Shown here in pieces: positions 1 through 13,867 of a DNA stretch of 64,000 bases. The stretch is from Sphagnum compactum (Eukaryota): assembly GCA_965153455.1 (NCBI GenBank), contig OZ234493.1, positions 9,476,213-9,540,212 of the forward strand, written 5' to 3'. Each line of letters begins with the position of its first letter. Positions within the stretch are counted from its first letter, which is position 1. Position numbers and translations under genes: made by a program. The notes under the pieces are model-generated. The model made no database searches and was not told the origin of the DNA. It saw only the letters and a program-made list of their open reading frames with translations.

Positions 1-660
1 ATTGATACTTAGTGCCATGAAAGAGTACTCAATTTCACTTATTTTCTAGTTATACACTTACATTATGGATAGGGAAAGGCATTGTTATCAATGCCTTCCT
101 TCCCCTTGCATAATGGTCAAGTGCCCAAACGCACTTACACAAACTTTCCTTACACAATAATAACAACATCCTCAATTAGCTTACAGAAAATTTCTTGGTT
201 TTTGATGGAAAAATCTCTTGCTCGAAGATGGCTAAAGAATTGCACCTTGTAAGATCTCTTAAAATATACACTATGCTCATCCACCGAAATCATAATGAAT
301 AAAACAAGGGTAATGTTTAGAGAAACTTTGCTTAAGTTTTGTTTAAGGGGGTGGTTTAAGCACCGCAAAACATTCAATGAAAACCAAACTTGAAGTACTA
401 CCAAGTTCAATAAATTGTGCACAAATGGTTGTGTGGAAAGATGTGGAGCCCTAGTGGAATCTTAATCAATTTAATAGTCCTCAATATTCAACACACATTT
501 GCGTATACATCCAAAAAACTAAATATATATTTTACAAATTAAGTTGTACAGCCTGGATAAGATATAGGCCATTCTTGAAGCAAGAATAATTCTGGGATGT
601 GATCATCATTATTCTATGGAAGACCAAGTTTTAGTAATGGAGTGCAAATGGAAAAAAAAG

Positions 661-692
<32 letters not shown>

Positions 693-1656
693 CCCAATTG
701 GAGATCCCCATCAAAACCCAAATAAAATCAGGGGAAAAGAGAAAAAGATGATAATGGGTGGCGAGAAGAAGAAAAAGATGATAATGGGTGGAACTCATAT
801 TGCTCTCTAAAAGTGGGATTTGATATGATTTGAGCATTTCTCACAACAACACTTTGTTTTTTGGTTGACATTGTGGTCCCCAGAGGACAAAACCCATGAT
901 TCTCTCGCATCATGATTCAACAGCAAGTAAGTAGTAAGTTGCCTACTTGTTCACTTCAAGTTTGTGCTTGTATTACTGTTCAGCAGAGTTTTTTATACAT
1001 TTATAACAGAAATTAATATAAAAAAAGGGAACCCATTTTGAGGAGTGCAGGAATATTACTATGCAATTTTGTAGATTGTTTTGCATGGTGAGCAAGCATT
1101 TGCAGGAACATGAAGGTTTTTGTTTTTTTCGCATTTGAACATCCAAAACAAAAAAAGCACCCTTACGTGTACCAGTATATAAGTTGAAGTTTAGTCCACA
1201 CAGTTTTGAAGATCAATCGGGAAGTAGTGCAGTACTTTCCTTCCTCTTGTTGTTTGGCAGAAATTCCTTTGTCTATGGTCAATCACAATTTTGCAACTAC
1301 AAGTTTGGAACATGCACACTAGTGTGCAAAGATCTCTTTGAACCATCATGGTATGTATGATGCACTTTGCAAGCCACCAATTCTGCAAAGACCCGCTCTA
1401 ATCCCAATTTCATGTTTTTTTGAGAACCAGAATTTCAGTACTGATTTGAGCACCGTCAGCTTTTGATTTTTGTTAATGAAAATCAGTCTCTTTCTTTTTC
1501 TTTTTTCTTTTTCACTGCACTTTCCTCATTTGTTGTTGGTCTAAAGTTTGATAACCCATCATGATCCCAAGTCTTTAGTATTGCAACCACAGTGTCTGTC
1601 GGTCTGCTTATTATGTCAAGGATCAATCTAATGACAAAATTGATTTGTGGGTTTGA

Positions 1657-4600
1657 ATGGATTCTATGAACCAGAAGAATTCATTGAAGGAAGAGAACAA
1701 GCAGGAGGAGCGAATTGATGTGGGAGGACATCAAGTCTCAGAGTTTGTGCAAGATGACTCCGTGGATTTCAAAGGCAGGCCATCTGTCAAGGCCACCTCA
1801 GGCCGTTGGAGAGCAGCTTACTTCATCATGGGTAGGTACTAATGGGTGCCATTCAAACTTGATTCAAATCGTTTGCAAGTTGGTACACATGTGTTTTTGT
1901 TATCGTACAAAGTTCGATCAACTTATTATTATTATCATGGGTTCAATTAATTGTCATGGATTACAGCCATAAGGTGAACCTACTAGGGTATTATTGTTTG
2001 TGGCTCATTTGTGGACCTCTTGAGATTTGAGTAACCGAATTGGGTGGATGTCCACTTTCTCAGAAAAGAAGCAGTATTGATCAGTAGCCAGTTCTTCATG
2101 TTGAAACTGCAAAACCCATCTTATAGTACTTGATGTTGATTTATCAAATTTGCTGCATTTGGCATGGGCAGGCACTGAGCTGTTGGAGCGGTGTGCATAC
2201 TATGCAATTTCACTGAATTTGGTCATATACCTTGTGGATGTACTCCATCAAGGCACTGGACAGTCAGTCAAAAATATTTTCAATTGGGAAGGTATGTTAA
2301 ATCCACTCTTCCCAACCCCTCCCACCAAAAAAAAAAAAAAACAAACAAACAAACCAGAAGAATGTTTTAAAATGTAAGTGTTTAACATGCAATGAAATTG
2401 CAGCTTCCAACAAAATTAACCAAGTGATATGAGAAGGAAATTAAGCAGGCAGAAAATGCATGTTATGCATAACTAAATTCACATTCGAGCTTGTCACTCT
2501 TTCTTCAGGTCTGCTCTGATGGATGATCAATTCTATCATCAGTTAGGTAAGGTAGTAGTTCTTATTCCAGGAGTAAAAGCACGAGCTTGCACAGAAAACG
2601 AAAAATCAGAAATGATCAAACCACCACCTACATGTTCTTTGCACACAAAAGAAGGAAAACTGTGCGAATTTGCTAAGTTCTAGAGGAACACACAACACAG
2701 GTAGCCACCACCTCGCACAATTCTTGCAACAGCAAGCAATAGTCTTAACCACCAGCTGCCTCATATAAATACTGGAATTCAACAGGTGTGTCATGGATTC
2801 TGGCTTTGCTTGGTGGGTTCCTTGCGGATGCGTATACTGGCAAATACCGAATGATCATAATTGGGCTCTGCATTTACTTTCTGGTACATGTTCTTTACAC
2901 CTCTGGGAAAAGAAAAACCTCTCAAAGATTTCTTCTTTAGATACATGTTTGGTGGTACTAGGAGGAGCATGATCACACTACCTATGACTTTTGATGGGAT
3001 TTTTTTGGTGCAATTCAGGGACTTCTCTTCTTGACATTGGCAGTCAGTCTTCCTTCAATGAAGCCACCACAACAGCCTGCTTGTGCTTCTTCAGAGAATT
3101 GTGAAATTCTTTCCGCAACCCAAACACAGATTGGGTTCTTCTATTTTGCCCTCTATCTGGTATCAGTTGGAGTGGGGGCGGTGAAACCCTGTCTTTCAGC
3201 ACTTGGAGGTGACCAGTTTGATGAGGATGACGAGATTGAGAGGCCCCCAAAGCGGTCCTTCTTCAATTACTGGTGGTTCCCGATCATCGGAGGCAGCACA
3301 ATTGCACTCACATTGCTTGTTTATGTGGAAGATCATGTGAGCTTTGGGTTGGGTTATGGAATTCCCACTGCTGGTCTTGCGATTGCCATTGTCATCTTCC
3401 TTTCTGGAACTCCTTGGTACAGACTCCAGCGTGTGATCCAAGGAAGCCCTCTTACACAAGTAGCCCAAGTTCTGACTGCTGCAGTTCTCAATTTCAGAGT
3501 GGCAGTACCCACTGATCCATCACTGCTTCATGAGACAGATATGCAGAAGCAGACCAAGAAGAATCTGAAGAGGAGACACCTTCTTCACACTGATTCCTTA
3601 AGGTAGAAAAGATTGTTGCAACTTCTTTCATAAATATTGGGTCGATGTGTTTTCTTGTGGGTTACCTTGCATTTTGGTAACTTGTTTTCTTCTTCTCAAA
3701 CCTTTGCTTGGTGTATTTGTTTACACATTCATGAATTCTCAAAGCAGCGGTCAATCAGTTCAATTCTGAAAGTGTCAGAACTTGGGGGTGATTCCAACTT
3801 TGAATGCAGGTTTCTTGACAAGGCAGCCACTCCACGCAACTGGAAAGAAGAGGATCAACAACCAGATTACTCCACAAAAGTATCACCAGACATTGAGAGA
3901 AGAAGTAGTAGTAGTACATTGTCAAATGTCAGCACCAGCAAGTCTAGTCCATGGCGTCTTTGCACCGTTACACAAGTGGAGGAAGTGAAGCTACTTGTCA
4001 GAGTGATGCCGATCTGGGTATTCACTCTCATGTTTCTGGTTGCGGTTTCCCAGTCATCCAGTTTCTTCGTGTCGACAGGAAAAACAATGGACTTGTCAAT
4101 GGGTCCTCATTTCAAGATCCCTCCTGCAAGTATGGATCTAGTAACCAACATCACTGCTCTTCTTATGATACTTGTATATGAACTCTGCTTCGTCCCACTT
4201 GCTCGTCGGTTCACAGGCAATGAAAGAGGAATTTCAATGCTACAGCGGATTGGTGTAGGACAGGTGATCGCTGTCATTGCCATGATAGTAGCTGCCATTG
4301 TCGAGAGGAAGCGATTGCAGCTGATCAAAATTCATGGGTTGCAGAACAACCAAACTGCAACAGTACCCATGTCCGTTTTCTGGCTCACTCCACAGTACAG
4401 CATTCTTGGACTTGCTCAAGTGTTTTCCTACTTGGGTTTGCTTGAGTTTTTCTATGATCAAGCTCCTGATGGCATGCACAGCATAGGCTCAGCTTTATTT
4501 GCATCAAACACTGGAGTTGCCCATTTCTTGTGCACTGCCATTGTTGACATTGTTACCAGTGCAAGTGGCAGTCAATCTGGATCAGGTCATCATCAAAGCT

Positions 4601-4803
4601 GGATTGTCAACAACATCAATAAGTGCCGTGTGGACAACTACTTTTGGACACTGGCTGCCTTGAGTGCGATCAATTTCTGCATCTACCTTGTTGTCGCCAA
4701 TTGGTACACTTACAAACAAGTACAAGTTCATGAGGATGATGCAGAGTCAAGAAAAGTGGTGTTGCAATTGACCAACGAACCAAACCAGCTTGTAGAGGCT
4801 TGA
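1657..4803 (+). CDS. NPF: NRT1/PTR family (NPF) proton-coupled nitrate/peptide transporter, 5 exons (1657-1831, 2172-2291, 2786-2883, 3019-3602, 3810-4803)
   Basis: Spliced translation gives family motifs: SVDFKGRP..SGRWRAAYFIMG, ELLERCAYY (ExxER), GGFLADAYTG, GAVKPC..LGGDQFDE, SFFNYWW, GSPLTQVAQV, FLDKAA, WRLCTVTQVEEVK, LQRIGVG, WLTPQY, LEFFYDQAPDGM. All introns are GT-AG and phase-consistent. Confidence 0.95.
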
Positions 4804-5849
4804 ACAAATTACAAGATCCTTTGCAGTGTCTGGGGTAGGTTCAAGATCTACTTCAATAGAGCTCTCTCACAATCAAACACAACAACAAAATTGAACAACA
4901 CCCAACCACTTTCTTCTTGTGAGCCATGTTCTTGTAACCCACCCACAACATGGCTCACAACATGGTTTTATGATCAAATTGCTTCGAGAAGAATTATGGG
5001 TTTAGACTACAACTGATTCACCAACACAAACACATTGTGTGCTGCCGTTTCACGATTCTCAAATCGTCTAGTAGCAAGTTTTTATGTGACAAAAACATGA
5101 GGCTCGGAGCATAACAAAGTTGATAATGAAATTGCCTTGTTACGGTTAGATATAAAATAGCAACAAAACCCATTGTAAAATTGTGGAACATTGAATGTTT
5201 TTGATTGGATGGTTCCATGCTTTTTCTTCCTCTTAGCACTCTTCACTCAAATGGGAGTTCACAATCAACACAAGTTGGGTAGGTAGACACAAAGAAAGAG
5301 TTGGTGTGCAACAATCCCAATGCAAACACTTGATACAATAATGTTTTTATGTTGTGTAGTGGACTTTTTGGAATTATGTAATTGGGTAGTTTTGAACAAG
5401 GGGAAATCTACATTAGATGCAATAAAAACATAAATAAAAGTATATTCATGAGAATATGGGCAATCAAAGGACCGGAGTCTTGTGCATTGCAAAAGATCAA
5501 AAGGCTATGTAAAGATGTTACATTTAAGTAATGTGTGTTCATTTTCCTATCTCTTCTTAACAGGATATAGAAGGTACATCAATCACTTCCTATTTTCAAG
5601 GAATTCCAAGGGATGGGATGAAGTGGACAACATAAGGTTATAGGTGAAAATTAAGGAGAGGGGAGGGAGAGGATTGGGTAGTTAATTTTCTAAGCATAGC
5701 CTCTTGTGGTAGGGCCCCTTGTTTCATGTCAACTCATTTGTGAGGGGGGTTTCTAACCCTTAAAACTTTGTAGCTTAACAATATTGTTGCTTGCCACCTT
5801 CTCAAAAAGGACTAAGAAATAGAAAGGTTCATATAAAATAAAATATTCT

Positions 5850-8760
5850 TTTGTAAAATGTTGGAAACAAAACTAATATTTTATGGAGTCTACAAGATCA
5901 AGGTGTCATAGTGTATATCACTTGAAGCAAATTTTGGACTTGGTAAAATGACCTTCTAGGTTTTTACTATCTAGGGGTTAAAAGTTTAAGATTGATTGTT
6001 TGATACAATATGTTTGGTTCTAAGTTCATTGAATTGTACAAGATTGTATCTTTAGCTTTAAATATAAATTGCAATGTTAATGAGGATTATGTTACCAAAC
6101 ACTCACTAATGCATCATATTCCATCAATTATGGTTCATTGAAACCCTAAAAACCTATAATGTGAATCCTTATTTCTTGTGGCATTATCTCAATGACTACA
6201 TATACATAAATAAGTGAATAAATATCATAGGTAAGTAGATAGGAAATATAAATGGTTATTATGTAAGCTGGTAAGTAATGTTGACATAAATGCACCCATA
6301 TTTTGTCTTTAAACACTAAACATATACTCTTATTGTCAAATGTTGCATTTTCTCGAAATGTTTTTAAACATGATTACTAGTTGTGTGATTGTAAATAAAT
6401 GGTAAGTATTCAAGTTAGCACACAAAGGGAAATCAATTCTTGCACATAAATATTGCAAAAGTTTAATTTGTTTTTATATCTCCATTTTTGGAATGTAGGT
6501 GTTTTATGTTATGAACTTTGTTGTCAACATGATATTTAAACGACAATGGTTGATATTATTGTAAAGATCGTGCATGCCTAATCATTGAAAGGTTCTAAAT
6601 ATTTCACCCTTTTTATAGATGACAAGTCCCATTACACCATGATTTTTTTTTAAACACGAAAATGAAGTATTTTGAAAAATTTAAGATATATAAAGTGTTT
6701 GTTGAAAATCAAACTATAAATAATCTAAAAGTTATTCGTTATGTTGGTGGGGGGTGAGGTACATTTCCCATGAATTCAATGACTTTTGTGAAGAATGTGG
6801 AATTCTATGTCAACCAACCACCACATATATTCTTCAATAGAATGGAATATCAAAATGGAAAAACCAAACCCTTGTTGAGAGTGCAAGGATGCATGTTAAA
6901 ATTAGTACAACTTCCCAAAACATTTTGGCCAAAAGGTGTAGCTCTTACATGTTTTTTTTATAAAAAAAAAATTGATGTCCTTTGTACCCAATACTACTCC
7001 TTTTATAGTTTGGTATAGTCAAAGACCTAACCTAAACAACCTCCATGTTTTTTTAGTTTCCTACCCATGTACATGTGCCTAATGAAAGTTAAAACTTGAA
7101 TATAATTGTTTTTCTTGTATAATGGTTGGGTACGGGGAATAAGATGGTGCTTACAAAGTTTATGACAAAGGGCAAAAACAAGTTTTCTAAAATCGTGATG
7201 TTTTTTATGAAACAACATTCGATTATGTTATAGAAGGAAATAATTCAATAACATGAATTGAAGGCAAATAACCAAATTTGGTAATTGACCAACCAAATGC
7301 ATAAGATATAGAATACAAATATATTGACTTCATTAATCATGATAAAATGTATATTCAAAACTATCATATCTTTGATCAATAGATTGAACCTAAAGTCCAA
7401 ATGTTTGAGGGTTATCTAACTCCTTCTAGGTTTGCACTAGAGGACATTACCAAAAACATTGTTCAAATGCCAAAGAGATTGTTGAAGAAGTTCGACATAA
7501 GGTTTAAAAGGTCAATTCAAACAAAAAAACACCATCCTTGAAGCTAAAAGAATATATGAACAATGCCTTTATTATTTTGGCACAATTGGATGAATAATCT
7601 ACAATTGAAGAGGCCTTGTCAAGTCTTCAAGCTAATAAATGGCATCAAGGTTTCAATTTAAAATATGATTCTTTAGTGAAAAATTGAATTTGGACTTTAG
7701 TGGATCTTTCTTCAAATTGGTCCACAATCAATTGCAAATGGGTTTTAAAGAAAACATACAATGTTGATAGTCCAACTGTGTGATTCAAGGCAAGATTGGT
7801 GGCTCATGGCTTTTTTAAAGTTGAAAAATTAGATTACCAAGAATTTTTTTCCCCGCTAATAAAAAAGACTTATTACAAGTCATTTTTTCTTTGGTGGCAA
7901 ATTTAGATCTTGACCTCCATCACATGGATGTCAAAATGACTTTCCTAGATGGGTACTTGCAAGAGGAAGTTGATATGAACCAACTAGAAGGTTACGTTAA
8001 GGTTGGCAATAAAAACAAAGTTTGTAAGTTCATTAAAATAATTCATGGATTTAAACAAATTTCACATGCATGGTATAATAAATTGATGAAAATGTCTCCT
8101 TGCTTTCAATTTTTTGAAAAATCCGCCTAACTTTAATGTCTACATTAAATTCCATCAAAATTTCTCTATCATTTTAGGCTTGTAGGTTTATATGTGGATG
8201 ATTGTATACTTACTAGAAATAATTTATCATTTCTTATTACAACAAAAGGTGAATTATCAAAAGAGTTTGACTTGACCAATAATGGTCCACTTGGATATTG
8301 TCTTGGTACATAAACTTGTTTGTCGTCACTATAAAAATGTGGGGATATTTTTGTTTCAAGAAAAGTACACAGATGATGTTCTTCAAATTTGAACGTGTCT
8401 TTATGCAAGCATGTTTCCACACCCATGAAAATGGGAAAACTTTCCAAAGATATGACTTTTGAAAGTATTGTTGAAAAAGATTGTTAGATGGCAACAATTC
8501 CTTATTCAAGTGTAATCAAAAGTCTAATGTACATAATGATATGCACACATCTTGATCTTGCATATCCTATGAATCATGTTTTTCAATTTGTGTCCAATCT
8601 TGGAAATGGGCATTGGTTAGCTATCAAATGAATATTTTGATATTTCCAAACTCCAAAAGGTTTTGGATTAAAGTATGGTGAACTAGTGAAAATAATTAAG
8701 CAAATCACCAAACACCATATTAAGTTGGGGTGATGTTGATTAGGTTGTAGATATTGACAA
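5850..8760 (+). mobile_element. Degenerate Ty1/copia retrotransposon fragment (integrase then reverse transcriptase)
   Basis: KYFTLFIDDKSHYT (about 6598) and KVIRYVGGGE (about 6728) resemble rve motifs; RT motifs FKARLVAHGF (about 7785), MDVKMTFLDGYLQEEVDMNQLEGY and GLYVDD (about 8185). INT-before-RT order is copia. Many stops and frameshifts; boundaries approximate. Confidence 0.85.
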
Positions 8761-9099
8761 TTGTTATTCAATAATTAAACATGTCTTTTGTTTGAATGGG
8801 GTTTAGCATTAAATATTCATTTTGTTGAAATTGGTTTCTTCCCTTTTGGTAGATCAACATACTCCCAAGTTCCATTCTTCTTAATTGAATTGATTTCCTA
8901 TTTGATAGTGTCAAATCATCTTTCATTCTCTATATATCATTGAAGGTTTTGTGGCTTTGTTTCAACTTTAACACTAGTTCAAAAAATGGAATGTAGTTCA
9001 TTAACTTAAATAATTATGAAACTTTTTAAAATGAAATTGGTTCATTTCATCTTAATCATTTCACTTTGTTCAAAATTATGTTGTTGTAAGGTCACAAAT

Positions 9100-10280
9100 A
9101 ATCATTATAATTCATTACTAATTGAAATAATTATTATAATAAATAAGTTTATTTTGATGTTGTTTGAAATACCCTAAGTTACTCTACCCTTTGCTATTAT
9201 AGTTTATTTTATTTTAAACTTTTTAAAGTTATTTTATCATAAATTATTCTTACCTTTTTTCAACTATTCCACCTTAGGCTATTGTGGCCTACGTAATTTT
9301 GGGTTATCTTAGGCTATTCCACCTTATGCCATTTTAAGTTAGTTTAAGGTATTATTTTTATTATATAATATTCCACCATATGTCATTTTAAATTATTTTA
9401 AGTAATCCATTATAAACTATTTTAGGCTATCTACCTTAACTTATTATTGGAACTTATTTTAACCTATTCCACCCTAAGTTATTTTAGGTTATTTTAAGTT
9501 ATTATACTTCAAGTTGTGCCCTAAATTAAAGTTACATAACCTAAAATAACCAAAAATATCATAGGGTGAAATAACTTGAATTTTTTTAAAAAAACTTAAA
9601 GTGAAATAACTTACACTAGAAAAAAAATCATCTTTTGCAAATGTCTTATGTAAATGAAAATTTTGTATGTAATTAAAAATGTTATATGCAATTTTCTTAG
9701 TTGCATGACACCTTTAGTTAGATAAGACAAATCGCAAAAGATAATTTTTTTATTAATGTTATAATATAGCCAATAATAGCTCATGGTAAAATGCCTTTGA
9801 ATAACCTAAGGAGGAATAACCTAAAATAATTGAAAATAACCTAAAATAAAACAATCAATAATAACCTAGGGTGGAATAACCTAGAATAATTTTAAAAAAT
9901 TTATGGTAAAATAATCAATGACGACATAGGGTGGAATAATTTAAAATAGTTTAGAATAATGTAGGGAAAAATAACTTATAATAACCTAGGGTGGAGTAAT
10001 TTAAAATAATTGAAAATAACCTAAAGTAGAATAGACTAAAATAACTTAAGCTTAAATAGCTTAGAAAATCATAAAGTGGAATAATTTAAATAGTCAAATT
10101 TTTTGCCTATAGGTAAATAGGTAGGTAATATGTAGGTAGATGGGTATGTAGGTAAGTAGGTTGGTGATAGGTAGGTGAATGAGGCTAATAATCAATAGGT
10201 AGGTTGACAGGTCATAGGTGGGTAGGTTGTAAGTAGGTGAATGATAAATAACATGGAGGTTGGTAATAGATAGGTAGGTA
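9100..10280. repeat. AT-rich foldback-like insertion: inverted arrays of short subrepeats followed by a TAGG-rich tract
   Basis: About 9110-9520 is built from AGGTTATT/ATTCCACC-type units, about 9780-10090 from their complements (GGTGGAATAACCT); 10108-10280 is TAGGTAG-rich. It separates the integrase tail and RT start of the minus-strand copia. Confidence 0.6.
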
Positions 10281-13200
10281 ATCTTTGTTTCATCAAACAT
10301 TACATCTTTACTCAACATTACGATTTTTTTCTTAAGTTCAAATAGTCTATACACCTTCCTTCTATCATTATAACCAACAAACAAACATTTGCATGTCTTA
10401 TTCTCTAATTTGTTTCTATATTCTTTGGGTACATGAACATAAACAAGACAACCAAATGTTTTGAGATGGATAACTTGAAGTTTATTTTTCATGTATTTCT
10501 ATTCCAGTGCATGACACCTTTGTTAACTTGCATTACTCCCTTGTTGACAAAATATTTGGTTATGTTAACTGCTTCTAACCATAGATCATTAGGTGCGCCT
10601 TGTTCTCCATCACCATATTCCTTGTTTTTTTCAATTCCTTCTTTTTGTTACTAGAAGTTTTATTTTGGTATTAATGCAAGCTTGTTTTTATTGCCACTTG
10701 TTCTATTAACTTCATAGAAATAATTGAATTCCTGACATAAGAACTTGCCCCCCCTTAAATGTCTTCAAAAATTTTATTATCTTCTTTTTCTCCTTTCATT
10801 TCTTTGAACATGGCAAAGGCTTCATTTTAAAACATACACCCAATTTTTGGGAGAAAAATTGTTCACAAATATAATAAACTATTTAGAATTATATATAAGT
10901 AATGTTTTTGGCATGGGTCCTACTAGATCAAAATGAACTAACTAAAATGAATGTTTTTTTGAATTACTCACTCTTTATGTTGCTTCCTTGTGAAATATTC
11001 GTCACATACAATTTGCTTTGAATTAAATGCAAACATTTGTATCACTTTGTCTTTTCTTAACAAATGGTTAAAACTTTGGGTGTGTAAATGACCATATCTC
11101 TAATGCCATGATTTTAGAGGTCATTAAGTTTGCACATTTTTATGTTTATATGTAAAAAGCCCATTGTTTTTGTCTCTATACCCCACACTTACAATCTTCT
11201 TATTATAGATATTATGGAACACCTAACATTTTTCATTAAAAAAATAGATTTTTTTTTATTGATCAATGATTTCACAAATATTAGAACTTAAAAAATGACA
11301 CATACAAAGCATTTTTTATATTTATCCTTCTAAGGTTTGGATTTGCCTTTGCCTCAATCACATGATTTTTTCCTCCAATAGTTTTAGCTAATTTCTTGCC
11401 TATTGTTTTTCCTAATACAGAATATAGGTTTGACTTACTTCATATTATGTGTTGGGATGCTCCAAAATTGACATACCAACTATAATTACATGCACATTAA
11501 TCATTGTTTCAAAATATCTTCTACTTCAACAACTCCCTCATCTTTTTCTTTTTGATTCTCTTAAACTACGTTTCTAAACATTCCTCATGATGGAATAGTC
11601 TTATAGTAATGGTAGTTGTGTGTTATGTGACCCTCCTTGCCATAAACATCACACACAAGATCAAATTTTCCAACTACTTCTATCATTTTTTGAAATATTC
11701 TTCATCCTTTCCTTTTAGTGCTTCATCTTCCTTTGCCATTCTAACTTCCCTTTAGAAGTCCCCCCCTAATTGATTATTGTTTAAATCAAATGTTGAATGG
11801 GTTATTAAAGACTTGCGAGAAAAAAATGTGTAGAGTATTAGCTTAGTTAATGTGTTGCAACTTTTGAATGACTAAATGTTAGGATGTTGAATTAGTTTCA
11901 CCAAATGATAATGAAACATTGGTTGTGTAGTTCAAGAAAAACAACTACCATTTTCCTATTGACATGTTCATACCCTAATTTATCATCCTATAAATTTGTA
12001 TGCATCTACAATTTTTTATTTTCAAATGCAAAGGGCAAGTTTTTTTAAAGCTTGAGTTTTGCCACTTAAACGCTTGTCAATGGTGTTAGCCTGCCAAACA
12101 ACTTTGACATAAAGGCATATTTAATTTCAAGGTTCCATTAATTAAGACTAATTACTTTGCATGTCCTTAATAACTTGAAGATTTAAATGACCTAGCTTTG
12201 ATGTAAATGCAAGGTAATATCTTCTCGATTTGTCAAAGTATAAAAACTAATTTCTTTTATTGAAGTACTTGTTCCAATTGGGAAGAGTGTACCTCCCTTA
12301 AGACATGTCACTATATGCGAATGATCATTCCTTTTTATGGCACACTTTTTTTTATTAAATTCAAAAGTAATACCAACTTGAATTGACTTTTTGATGAAAA
12401 AATTTCTATTTAAACCTTGGAATTTAGAACATGGAACACATTTTCCACCTAGGTCTTAATACATGAAGTCAAAAAGATTTCTTACATTTCCATGCCGTGC
12501 GATTTGTTGGGTACTATCATTTCCCAAACATACAAATAAAGGATAATTAAATGTTTTATAATCATAAATCATTCTTTGTGAGGTTTTGCAAATTAGAAGT
12601 GGGTTTATGACTGAAACTATGTATGTTTATTACATAGCTATGAAACTTTATGTTATTGTTTGCATAAATATTTTCTCACCTTTCTATTGTCTATGTATAA
12701 CTAGTATGCCACACCATTTTCTTACAATGGACTTCTCAAAAATTATACCAAAACCTTTTAAAACAAAAATTTTAATTCCCTTCACAATTATATTCCCTGT
12801 AACTTTACACTCATACAACAACTTATTTTTATCAAGTGAAGGTCTTTCTAAAGATCATAAACACCTACTTATATACTAACCAAAAGGAAACTAAACAAGA
12901 AATTTCCTAAAGTTTACATATCACATGGCTCCTCATGGCTTTCCATGTGATTTCACATGCATAATAAAGTGGCAAAGAATTTTCACATAAATAATCAGTT
13001 GTGAGTCAATGCACACTAATGTGCCAAAGACTTTTCACATGAATTATCATGTGAAAGTTAAACACATTAACTGAACTATGACCAAATCATAATTAAATTA
13101 TGAAATCCAATTAACAAGTAAATCACCAAACTTAACCATTAAATAATTACATAGGTAATAGTCTAATTACATCAAGTTACAATTTCATGTCATTTGATGC

Positions 13201-13555
13201 ACTATAATTCAAATATCAAGTTTCATTCAAATTGGATCCTACATTCAAACATACGATGAATAATTGAATACCATTTATTTTATTAGAACTTGCAATATTA
13301 ACTTGGGACTTATTATTAGTTGTTATTTTCTTTTTGTGTTTTGCAATGACATGCTTCATTGTTTAGCAATAGAAACATGAACTTTTAGGCTTAAAATTAA
13401 TAAATAATTTTATTTTATTTTCCAGTAAAAGAAAAAATGCCTTTGTTAAGTTTTTGTCCCTTTTTGCTTTCTTATTTTACTTGAAGGATGGGTGTAAAAA
13501 GTTGAAAACGAGTTGTTTCATCTTGAGAAGTTACCACATAGGCATTTTATTTATT

Positions 13556-13867
13556 ACATCTTCCCACACAACATTGGATAATTTAGCTGTATTACACATT
13601 GTTGTGACAAAAAATTGCAATGAAAGGGGCAAACTTCCAAGAAATTACATGATTACTTTTTATGTGATCTCAAGGCCACTTGGAACCATTTGATTTAACA
13701 TATTTTGGAATTGTTACATTTTCCCACACAACATTGGATATATTACACATTGTTGTGACAAAAGATTGTCATGAAAAGGAAACTTTGAAGAAGTTGCATG
13801 ATTGCTTCTTCTTTTATGATTTCAAGACCACCTAGAACCATTTGATTTAACATACTTTGGAATGTTT
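13556..13867. repeat. Diverged tandem duplication of about 155 bp inside the copia gag remnant
   Basis: Two copies starting ACAT(C/T)TTCCCACACAACATTGGATA and ending CCATTTGATTTAACATA(T/C)TTTGGAAT. Confidence 0.85.

Noticed and set aside
741..793. 30-bp duplication and Lys-rich ORF 616-810
   Set aside because: Low-complexity slippage product with no coding evidence.
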